Assembly (NCBI GenBank): GCA_963766735.1 | Contig: CAVYBU010000021.1 | Coordinates: 53,565 to 117,564, forward strand | Reading direction: 5' to 3' | From: an uncultured Chloroflexia bacterium | GTDB taxonomy: Bacteria; Chloroflexota; Limnocylindria; Limnocylindrales; CSP1-4 | Length of the DNA: 64,000 bases | Part shown: positions 54,323 to 62,451 of the stretch, piece by piece | Layout: every line of letters starts with the position of its first letter | How positions within the stretch are numbered: the stretch's first letter is position 1 | Made by a program: the position numbers and the translations under genes | Notes under the pieces: generated by a model | Databases searched by the model: none | What the model saw: the letters and a program-made list of their open reading frames with translations, nothing else | What the model was told of the DNA's origin: nothing

Positions 54323-56047
54323 CTAGGCGGCTCCGGCGGCAATCGCCCCGGCGGCGACGAGGTCGTTCCTCCACCGGGCGACCGCCTCGCGGGACTGGTA
54401 GGGGTTGCTCTCCAGCCATTCGGCGACATCCACGGCCGGGTAGCGCTCCCGGACCAGCTCCACCGTCGCCCGGGCTCGCCGGTCCAGCCCCAGCTCGATC
54501 TGGGCGGCCGCGAGCACGAGGAGCGCCTCCAGGTTGTTGGGCTGGTATTCGAGGACCATCTCGGCCACCGTGGCGGCCTGCTCGACTCTCCCGCCCATGA
54601 ACAGGGAGCATGCCTTCACGGTGGGGTACCACGGCTTGTTGACCCCGGTCAGGCGCATCGCCGTGTCGGTGAGATCGACCGCCTTCTCCCACTGGCCGAG
54701 GTAGCGCCGGACGCTCCCCTCCAGGCCGAAGGTGACGTCGCAGGTCGGCCGGATGATCTCGACCTTCTCCATTGCCTCGAGGGCCTCCTGCCCGCGACCC
54801 TGGGACATCAGGATGGCGGCCTGGACGGTCCGGGCCATGCCCGTCGGATCACCGACCACGATCCCGGTCTCGGCCTGCTCCCACGCCGTGAGCAGCGTCG
54901 CCTCGGGATCGCGGACCCAGCCGTTGCTCACGCCCATCCAGTTCGCGAATGCCGAGAGGACGTGTCCGTACGGCTGATCCGGATGAGAGCGTGCGACCCG
55001 GCCAAAGTGCCCCAGGGCGAGAGACCATGCCTCGCGCGACCCGACGGTCAGCTGATACCAGCCGAGATAGACCTGCTCGATCGCTTCCGGGTCGTCGAGG
55101 TCCGCGTACAGCCCTGCAGGCTCCCCGATGACCAGCTCGACCTCGACCGCGCGACCGACCTCGTCGGCAAAGGCATCCGACAGCGTGAAGAGATCGGCCA
55201 CCAGTGCCGTCCGCTTGAGCGCCTTGACGACGTTCATGGATGTGACGTCGACCACGTTCGCATAGACCCGCACGCTGTCGCCGGCCTGGTGGATCCCGGT
55301 TTCGATAATGTAGCGGGCGGCACCGGGCGCGCCTCCGCCGTCGGGCTCGGCCTTGGCGTCGATCACATTCAGCTGAGGGACCCGTGACAGCCGGTGGATC
55401 AGATCGGTGCGCAGGATCCCCGCCATCGCTCGCACGGACTCGTCCGCCATCTCCGCATGGATGGGGAGGACGGCCACGGTGGGCGACTCGAGCGACAGTG
55501 ACCGCTCGGATGACGTGCCCGAGCCGTCGCCAGGAAGATCGGCGAACTCGAAGATCTCCACTTCCTCGGGGATGCCCTTGAGCTGACGCCGGCCGACGGA
55601 CTTGAACCGCAGGGCAGGCTCATCGAGAGCCTGGTACACCCGCCCGGAGACGCTGATGCCACCGGGGCGCGCAATGGCCTGGATGCGCGCCGCGATGTTC
55701 AGGGCATCCCCGAAGTGATCGCCGCCGGTAACGGCGACGGTGCCCTGGTCCATGCCCATCCGGAACCGCGTCATGCGCGAGATGGGGCGCGTCGCGTTCC
55801 CGGACTCGATCTCGGTCGTGATGGCGATCGCTGTCCGCATCGCGTCCATGGCGTTGGCGAAGACGGCCATGAAGTTGTCCCCGACGAAGTTGACGAGCGT
55901 CCCGCCGTTCTCGTCCACGCGCCGATCGACGAGGTCCCGGTACTCGTCCATCGTCCTCGTCGTCGCCTCGACATCATCGGCGATGAGCCGGCTGTAGCCG
56001 ACCACGTCGGCGTTGAGGGCCACCATCTCGGAACGCGTCTGGCTCAA
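54323..56047 (-). CDS. Class III nucleotide cyclase with TolB-like and TPR domains (start uncertain)
   Basis: ADVVGYSRL, FVGDNFMA, FGDALNIAARIQ and PTVAVLP, with a TPR-like C-terminus. Confidence 0.85.
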   Translation of the reverse strand: MSQTRSEMVALNADVVGYSRLIADDVEATTRTMDEYRDLVDRRVDENGGTLVNFVGDNFMAVFANAMDAMRTAIAITTEIESGNATRPISRMTRFRMGMDQGTVAVTGGDHFGDALNIAARIQAIARPGGISVSGRVYQALDEPALRFKSVGRRQLKGIPEEVEIFEFADLPGDGSGTSSERSLSLESPTVAVLPIHAEMADESVRAMAGILRTDLIHRLSRVPQLNVIDAKAEPDGGGAPGAARYIIETGIHQAGDSVRVYANVVDVTSMNVVKALKRTALVADLFTLSDAFADEVGRAVEVELVIGEPAGLYADLDDPEAIEQVYLGWYQLTVGSREAWSLALGHFGRVARSHPDQPYGHVLSAFANWMGVSNGWVRDPEATLLTAWEQAETGIVVGDPTGMARTVQAAILMSQGRGQEALEAMEKVEIIRPTCDVTFGLEGSVRRYLGQWEKAVDLTDTAMRLTGVNKPWYPTVKACSLFMGGRVEQAATVAEMVLEYQPNNLEALLVLAAAQIELGLDRRARATVELVRERYPAVDVAEWLESNPYQSREAVARWRNDLVAAGAIAAGAA

Positions 56048-56341
56048 GGTGTTGCTCTTCCTCCCTCGGGACCGTCGTCCCGGCGGGCGTGTGTGGCGGG
56101 CCCGCGTACCGCAGATCTCGTCGACGAACCTGCGCGAGGGACAACCGGGTGGTAGATCCTACCGCTTGCCCAAGGATCCCACGTCGCCGCAACAAAGGGT
56201 GCTCGCCGGTTCCGGGCACGACAGAGCACGGCGGCTCGTCCGCTCGGGAGGACTGCCAGCGACAGGATCGAACGAGGAATCGACTGGCCGAGGCTTGGGC
56301 GCCCGGTCTGGGTGCCGGATCGGGTTGCGCAGGCGTCCGAT

Positions 56342-56959
56342 CTATGTGGACGGCATCGCGAGGATGGCCTCCAGGGCCGGGATCGCCCGATCGAAGGTTC
56401 CTGCGACGACATCGACGGGCTCGCCTTGGCCGCTGCCCTGCAGCCAGGTGGATATGCCCGCTCTCAGGATCGCGACCGTTGCGTGCGCCACGATCCGGGG
56501 GCGCGGATCCGTCTCGAGATCGACACCCAGGTCGGCGGCGACCTCGCCCGCCAGTGCGTCTTCCCAGCGGACCTGGTAGGCCAGGGCCGCGGCCGCCACC
56601 TTTGGCTCCAGCAGCCCCACACGGGCCTCGGCGCGGACGAGATCCGGCTCGAAGTACACGCCGGCGAGCGCCAGGATGCCCCGGCGCAGCGCAGCGACCG
56701 TCGGCTCGTCGGGTGGGCCGTTTGCGAGCGCGACGTGCAGCGTGGCCAGCTTGCCCTCCGGATCGATGACGAAGACCTCCTCCTTGCTGGAGAAGTACCG
56801 GAAGAAGGTCCTGCGAGACACGTTCGCGGCGGCGGCGATGTCATCCACGGTCGTCGCGTCGTAGCCGCGCTCTTCGAACAGGCGCATCGCGGCACGGGCC
56901 AGGGCGAGCCGCGTCTCGATCTTCTTGCGCTCGCGCAGTCCCTGCGGGATGGGCTCCAT
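56342..56959 (-). CDS. TetR family regulator (MftR-like)
   Basis: GLRERKK and GYDATTVDDIAAAANVSRRTFFRYFSSKE. Confidence 0.92.
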   Translation of the reverse strand: MEPIPQGLRERKKIETRLALARAAMRLFEERGYDATTVDDIAAAANVSRRTFFRYFSSKEEVFVIDPEGKLATLHVALANGPPDEPTVAALRRGILALAGVYFEPDLVRAEARVGLLEPKVAAAALAYQVRWEDALAGEVAADLGVDLETDPRPRIVAHATVAILRAGISTWLQGSGQGEPVDVVAGTFDRAIPALEAILAMPST

Positions 56960-56965
56960 GACCGC

Positions 56966-56994
56966 ACACTACGTTGCGTGTCAAGGAGTGTCAA
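56966..56994 (-). promoter_or_regulatory. Sigma-70 promoter TTGACA-N17-TAGTGT; predicted TSS at the ATG (leaderless)
   Basis: -35 at 56994-56989, -10 at 56971-56966 and ATG at 56959. Confidence 0.7.
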
Positions 56995-57012
56995 GTGCTC
57001 GGATGTGACATG

Positions 57013-57043
57013 TGGCACTGTGCGCAACTGGCATCGAGTGCCA
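57013..57043. promoter_or_regulatory. Tandem TetR operators, TGGCA-N5-TGCCA type
   Basis: TGGCACTGTGCGCAA (57013-57027) and TGGCATCGAGTGCCA (57029-57043) lie between the divergent tetR and MFS genes. Confidence 0.65.
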
Positions 57044-57136
57044 ATATCCGCAGCGTGTCGCGGGTCGCCGGTGCGGACAGGCCGCCGCGACGATGCTCTA
57101 GCCGAACGGGTCCGACGCTGCAAGAGGAGGCCCGTG

Positions 57137-58834
57137 ATGGCGCTCCAGGCATCCCGCTCCGTCTCACATCCTGCCGATCTGGCGGACCGCTACGTCTTCC
57201 TCCCGCCGCGCGCGCTTCGCGGCGTGCTCGCGAGCCTGGCCCTGGTGATGCTGGCCGCGTCGCTCGACTCGACTGCGGTGGGAACCGCTCTGCCACGAAT
57301 CGTCACCGACCTCCGGGGCAACGAGCTCTACACGTGGGTCTTCACGATCTACCTGCTGACGATGACGGCGACGATGCCGGTCTGGGGCTCGCTGTCCGAC
57401 CGGTTCGGGCGTCGCTCTGTCCTGTTCGTCGGCGTCGTCATCTTCCTGGGAGGCTCCGCGCTCTGCGGGCTGAGCCAGGAGATGTGGCAGCTCATCGCCT
57501 TCCGCGGGATCCAGGGCCTGGGTGCGGGCGCGATCGTGCCCATCGCCCTCGCGATCATCGGAGACCTGTTCCCTCCCGCCGATCGGGCTCGCCTCCAGGC
57601 AGCCTTCAGCTCGCTCTTCGTGGTCGCGTTCCTCATCGGGCCCACGCTGGGCGGCGTCCTGACCGACACCATCGGTTGGCGGTGGGTCTTCTACATCAAC
57701 CTGCCGGTGGGGCTCGTTGCCCTCGCGGTCATGGGTCGCCTCATGCCGCCCCTTCGCGGCAGCATCGAGCGGCGCGCATTCGACGTGCTCGGCGTGGTGC
57801 TCTTCACGGCAGCGGTGGTGCCCTTCCTGGTTGGTGTCCGGAACCTTCCGGACGGGTCGTTGGGTGACCCGACGGTCGGTGGATTGTTGCTGCTCGGCCT
57901 CGTGATCGGGGCGGCCTTCCTCGCCGCCGAAGCCCGGGCCGAGGAGCCGATCGTGCCTGTCCGGCTCTTCCGGGATCCAACGTTCGCCTCGGCGTCGGCC
58001 ATCGTGCTCCTGTCCGTGGCCGGGCTGTTCGTCTCGATCGTGTTCATGCCCCGCTACTTCCAGTTCGTCCACGGCGCCAGCGCAACGTCGTCGGGTTGGC
58101 AGATCATGACGCTCCTCCTCGGGCTGATCGTGGGCGCGGTCGGCTGCGGCCAGATCGTCGCGCGCACGGGACGCTGGAAGATCCTGTTGCTCGGGGCCAT
58201 GGCCATCGGGTCGATCGGCATGCTGCTCCTGTCCGGGCTACGCGCCGACTCGCCGATGCCCCTGGTGTGGGCGGCCATGTTCCTCACTGGCCTCGGGATC
58301 GGCCCCATCTCGTCAGTGCTGACAGCCGTCGTCCAGACGACCGTGCCTGCGGCGGTCATGGGGGGGGCGACGAGCACCATCACCTTCTTCCGCCAGCTGG
58401 GCGCGTCCATCTGGCTCGCGATCAGCGGCTCGATCTTCTCCACCTCCTTCCGGGAGCAGCTCCCGGTGCGCATGACCGCGAACGGGATCCCCGACGAGCT
58501 GGCGACGAGCCTGACGTCTGGGACCGGCGCGGCCGCATCGGAGGCCTCCACGAACATCGGCGACCTCGGAGCCTCGATCCTTGCGGCGCTGCCGGCAGAG
58601 GCTCGGGCGGTCGTGGAGCCGTTCATCAGCGGGATCGTCGCGTCGATGCACCAGGCCTTCAGCCTGGCCACCGGCACAGCCTTCTGGATCGGGATCGCGG
58701 CCGTGGGGGTCGCGTTCGTGATCCTCCTGCCGCTGCGGGAGACACGGCTGCCGCTCGAGCGGCTGGCAGAGATCCGGGGCCGCTCCCGCGCCACGAGCTC
58801 ACCGCCGCCCGAGGGCGTGACAGCGGGGACGTAG
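57137..58834 (+). CDS. DHA2 (EmrB/QacA) family MFS efflux transporter
   Basis: ASLDSTAVGTALP, GSLSDRFGRR, FRGIQGLG and WRWVFYINLPVG, with about 14 TM helices. Confidence 0.93.
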   Translation: MALQASRSVSHPADLADRYVFLPPRALRGVLASLALVMLAASLDSTAVGTALPRIVTDLRGNELYTWVFTIYLLTMTATMPVWGSLSDRFGRRSVLFVGVVIFLGGSALCGLSQEMWQLIAFRGIQGLGAGAIVPIALAIIGDLFPPADRARLQAAFSSLFVVAFLIGPTLGGVLTDTIGWRWVFYINLPVGLVALAVMGRLMPPLRGSIERRAFDVLGVVLFTAAVVPFLVGVRNLPDGSLGDPTVGGLLLLGLVIGAAFLAAEARAEEPIVPVRLFRDPTFASASAIVLLSVAGLFVSIVFMPRYFQFVHGASATSSGWQIMTLLLGLIVGAVGCGQIVARTGRWKILLLGAMAIGSIGMLLLSGLRADSPMPLVWAAMFLTGLGIGPISSVLTAVVQTTVPAAVMGGATSTITFFRQLGASIWLAISGSIFSTSFREQLPVRMTANGIPDELATSLTSGTGAAASEASTNIGDLGASILAALPAEARAVVEPFISGIVASMHQAFSLATGTAFWIGIAAVGVAFVILLPLRETRLPLERLAEIRGRSRATSSPPPEGVTAGT

Positions 58835-58840
58835 CCCCGG

Positions 58841-58878
58841 GGCCCCAGGGCCGGGTGTCCGCGTCTGGCCCTGGGGCC
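58841..58878. terminator. 12-bp hairpin between convergent genes, putative bidirectional terminator
   Basis: GGCCCCAGGGCC-N14-GGCCCTGGGGCC. Confidence 0.55.
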
Positions 58879-58918
58879 GAGCCGGCGCGCTCGGGCAAGG
58901 CCCCGGTCTCGGCTGCGG

Positions 58919-59824
58919 CTACGCGTCGGCGTCCGCGGCAAGCTCCACGGCTGCTGCCTCGGCTCCGGGCGGCTCTGCCCGCCGGGTCGCCAGCGTTGAT
59001 CCAGCGATCGCCAGCGCGAAGCCGACGAGCATCGGCGTCGTCAGGATCTCGTCGAGGATGAGCACACCAAGGGCGGCCGCGACCATCGGGTTCACGTACG
59101 TGATGACGGTGGCGCGGACGGGCCCGACCTCGCGGATGAGCGCGGCGAATAGCGGGAACGCGGCCGCCGTGCAGACCACGGCGAGGATGAGGATCGAAAC
59201 CAGGACATCCTGGCCCGGCTGGCTCGTCGGCCAGTTCACGACCGCTATCGGCGCGTAGAGGAGCGCGGTCAGGGTGAGCGAGAGCGCCATGATCCCGAGC
59301 GACGACACGCCGACGAGCCGGCGCGACAGGATGAATGGGCCCAGCGCATAGCAGACGACCACGACGGCGACCTGGACGAGCGCCAGCGCATTCTCGGCGC
59401 CGAAGTCGCCGCCGGCGATCACCGCCACGCCCGTGAACCCGATGAGCAGGCCGACGAGCTGGCGACGCCCGACCCGGTCCGGCCCGCCGACGATCACCGC
59501 GATCGCTGCGCCGACAAGGGGGACGCCTGCGATGAGGAGGCCCGCGAGCGAGCTCGAGATCGTCTGCTCGGCCGCGCCGAGCATCAGCCACGGGATCGCG
59601 ATCTCGATGGCCGCGAACGCGACGACCCACGGCCAGTGGCGCAGGACGGAACGCAGGTCGACCCGGAAGAGCGCGATGGGCAGGAGCAGGGCAGCCGCAA
59701 TCGCGGTGCGCGAGAACACGAGCAGCGCCGGGCTGAGCTCCGCGACGGTGATCCGGATCAGCAGGTAGGGGATGCCCCAGATGATCGACATCGCCGCGAA
59801 CAGCAGGAGCCCTCGACGCGTCAT
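58919..59824 (-). CDS. DMT/EamA family transporter
   Basis: IWGIPYLLIR, AEQTISSSLAGLL and VITYVNP.VA..LG..ILDE. Confidence 0.92.
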   Translation of the reverse strand: MTRRGLLLFAAMSIIWGIPYLLIRITVAELSPALLVFSRTAIAAALLLPIALFRVDLRSVLRHWPWVVAFAAIEIAIPWLMLGAAEQTISSSLAGLLIAGVPLVGAAIAVIVGGPDRVGRRQLVGLLIGFTGVAVIAGGDFGAENALALVQVAVVVVCYALGPFILSRRLVGVSSLGIMALSLTLTALLYAPIAVVNWPTSQPGQDVLVSILILAVVCTAAAFPLFAALIREVGPVRATVITYVNPMVAAALGVLILDEILTTPMLVGFALAIAGSTLATRRAEPPGAEAAAVELAADADA

Positions 59825-59989
59825 CGGCTGAGGCTCGGGCTTGTGCGCATCGCACGATCATGGCAGGTCGTCCACCGGATGGACCCCTTGATCGGTCGGC
59901 GCCACTGGGTCATCCTTTGACGCGACCCCGACTGTCCGGCCGTGCCGGCCGTCCCACGATGACGGGCTTCTCCGCAACTGGAGGGCAGG

Positions 59990-61651
59990 GTGCGGGACCA
60001 GCGGATCATTGGCTGGCCGATCACCATCGCCTCTTGGGTCGTCCTGCTGCTGGCGGGTGTCATTGGCCTGGCGCCGCTGATCCCCCCGGAAGTCCCTGAC
60101 GATCCAGGGCCAGCCGAGTTCTCGACGACCCGCGCGCTGGATTTGATCGGGCAGATCGCGTTCGAGCCGCATCCGATCGGCACTGCGGCCAATGAGCGGG
60201 TGCGCGCGACCATCATCGGTGAGCTCCGGGCGCTGGGCCTGGAACCCGAGCTCCAGGCGATCGACGCGCCCGACTACTACGGCGGCTCGGGTGGTCTCGT
60301 GCCCGTCGTCAATGTCCTGGCGCGGATCTCCGGCACGGATCCGACCGCCGCCGTCGCGATCGTCGGGCACTACGACACCGTCCCCGCGACCCCGGGCGCG
60401 AACGACGATGCGTCGGCCATCGCCGTCATGCTGGAGACGGCCCGGGCCGTGCTGGCCGGCGACGCACTGCGGAACGACCTGATCCTGGTGTTCACCGACG
60501 GGGAGGAGCCGGCGCCTCGTTTCGGCTCGTCGGCGTTCGTGGACACACACCCCTGGGCGCGACAGATCGGGACCGTCGTCAACCTGGAGACGATAGGCGG
60601 CACCGGGCCGTCGACCCTGATCGGCGTCAGCGGGCCGGACGGATGGATCGTCGATCAATACGCGCGAACTGCCCCGTACCCGGTGGCCTTCTCGTACGTC
60701 ACGGCGCTCACCCGGCTCATCGGCGGATCCAACTCCGACTTTGCCGAGTTCCGTGACCAGGGCATTCCCGGGATCGAGCTGGCGTACATCCACGGCTCCT
60801 CGATCTACCACACGCCGGCGGACACGCCGGACCAGGTGAATCCGGGCAGCCTCCAGCAGCAGGGCGCCAACACCCTGGCCTTCGCCCGGAGCCTCGCGGC
60901 TCTTGACCTCGGAGCCGAGCGTGGCCCGGGTGAGACGGTGTTCTTCACTCTCGGCCGCTTCCTGGTGGTGCGCTACCCGGTCCAGGGGGAGCTGATCGTC
61001 GTGCTGCTCGCCGGGTTTGCCCTCGCCGTCGCCGGGTGGCGGCGTCGCAACGCGGGCGCTGGTTCCATCCGATGGAGCCTTGCCCGCAGCGGGATCGTGG
61101 TGATCCTCTCGCCGCTGCTGGCCGCCATGGCCTGGACCAATATCGCGACCGGGCGGTCCACCATGGGCGTCGGGGAGAGCTATCTGTACCTCGCGTGCCT
61201 GGTGGCGATGACCGCCGGGATCGCCATCGTTCTCGGGCGGCTGTTCCGTCGCCGGGACGAGCCCGACCCCGTTGCGGTGGTCGCAATCTGGTGGGTTCTC
61301 GCCCTGCTCACCGCCGCCACCGCCCCGGGGCTCAGCTACCTCTTCGGATGGCCGGCGATGGCAGGAGCGCTCGTCCTGCTCTGGCGCTCGCGGAGCAGGG
61401 GCCGCGCTCGCCACTGGGAGGAGCTGGCCGGGTTCGCGCTGGTGGTCGGGGTGACCCTGGTCCTGCTCGTCCCCGCGATCGATACCTTCTACCAGCTCGT
61501 TCAACCGCGACCGGGCAATCCCGACTCGCAGATGCTGGCCATCGTCGTGGTCCCGGTCGTGCTCATCGCGCTGGTCGTGGAGCTGCTCCGTGCCTTCTGG
61601 GCGCGTGATGCGATCCGCGGCGATGCCCGATCGCCGGTGCCGAGCCGCTGA
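59990..61651 (+). CDS. M28 family membrane metallopeptidase
   Basis: GHYDTV, PGANDD, FTDGEE, NLE, SDF and YHT..D, followed by a multi-TM C-terminus. Confidence 0.9.
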   Translation: MRDQRIIGWPITIASWVVLLLAGVIGLAPLIPPEVPDDPGPAEFSTTRALDLIGQIAFEPHPIGTAANERVRATIIGELRALGLEPELQAIDAPDYYGGSGGLVPVVNVLARISGTDPTAAVAIVGHYDTVPATPGANDDASAIAVMLETARAVLAGDALRNDLILVFTDGEEPAPRFGSSAFVDTHPWARQIGTVVNLETIGGTGPSTLIGVSGPDGWIVDQYARTAPYPVAFSYVTALTRLIGGSNSDFAEFRDQGIPGIELAYIHGSSIYHTPADTPDQVNPGSLQQQGANTLAFARSLAALDLGAERGPGETVFFTLGRFLVVRYPVQGELIVVLLAGFALAVAGWRRRNAGAGSIRWSLARSGIVVILSPLLAAMAWTNIATGRSTMGVGESYLYLACLVAMTAGIAIVLGRLFRRRDEPDPVAVVAIWWVLALLTAATAPGLSYLFGWPAMAGALVLLWRSRSRGRARHWEELAGFALVVGVTLVLLVPAIDTFYQLVQPRPGNPDSQMLAIVVVPVVLIALVVELLRAFWARDAIRGDARSPVPSR

Positions 61652-61762
61652 CGGATCGCAGCGACCAGGGCGTGGACCCGGCGCGGCGGTCCGAGTCCGG
61701 ATCCCTACCGGCGATGCGGGCAAGGTCGCCATGTGCTGGCGGCGATACCCGACCCGGGGACC

Positions 61763-62371
61763 TCATCCGTCCGCTGAGGGGAGGGTCCACGCCCCCTCGA
61801 GGTAGTGCGTGATCGCCGGTGCCAGCGCCGCGATGAGCGTCTCGCGCGATGCGGATGCGATCGGCTCGATGGCCACCACGTGCCGGGCGATGGCCATGCC
61901 CACGACCTGCGAGGCAACCATCGATGCCCTGAGCTCCGGCTGGTCCGCGGACACCTCGCGGGCGATCGGCAGCAGGATCCGCTCGGTCAGGACCTCTCGC
62001 ACCAGCTCCGCCGCCTCCCGATCCGTGACTGCCGAGCGGAGGAGACCCATCAGCGCCTGGCGGGACGTGGGCTCGTCCAGGACCGCCAGGACCAGCGCGG
62101 CGACACGCTCGCCGACCGTACCCGACTCGCCGCGAAACACGCGACTGACCACCAGCGACGGATCCACCGGCAGCTCAACCGCCTCCTGGAACAGGCCGCG
62201 CTTGGACCCGAAGTAGTGCAGCACAAGGCGCGGATCGACGCCCGCACTGGCCGCCACGCTGCGCAGCGTCGTCGGCGCATAGCCGTTCTCGCCGAACTGG
62301 CGGCGGGCCTCCGCCGCGATCGCGCTCCGGGTGTCCATGCCGCCCGGTCGCCGGCCACGTGTGCGTGCCAT
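61763..62371 (-). CDS. TetR family regulator
   Basis: GRRPG..DTR, TTLRSVAASAGVDPRLVLHYFGSK. Confidence 0.92.
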   Translation of the reverse strand: MARTRGRRPGGMDTRSAIAAEARRQFGENGYAPTTLRSVAASAGVDPRLVLHYFGSKRGLFQEAVELPVDPSLVVSRVFRGESGTVGERVAALVLAVLDEPTSRQALMGLLRSAVTDREAAELVREVLTERILLPIAREVSADQPELRASMVASQVVGMAIARHVVAIEPIASASRETLIAALAPAITHYLEGAWTLPSADG

Positions 62372-62381
62372 GGATTGCCTC

Positions 62382-62428
62382 TTGCGATTTCCCCCGATGG
62401 AGAATACCATTCCTCCCCAGTTGAGGAA
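62382..62428 (+). promoter_or_regulatory. Promoter TTGCGA-N17-TACCAT plus palindrome TTCCTC-N7-GAGGAA (putative TetR operator)
   Basis: -35 at 62382-62387, -10 at 62405-62410 and inverted repeat at 62410-62428. Confidence 0.55.
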
Positions 62429-62451
62429 ATCTAGCCGAGAGGGCGTCCCAA

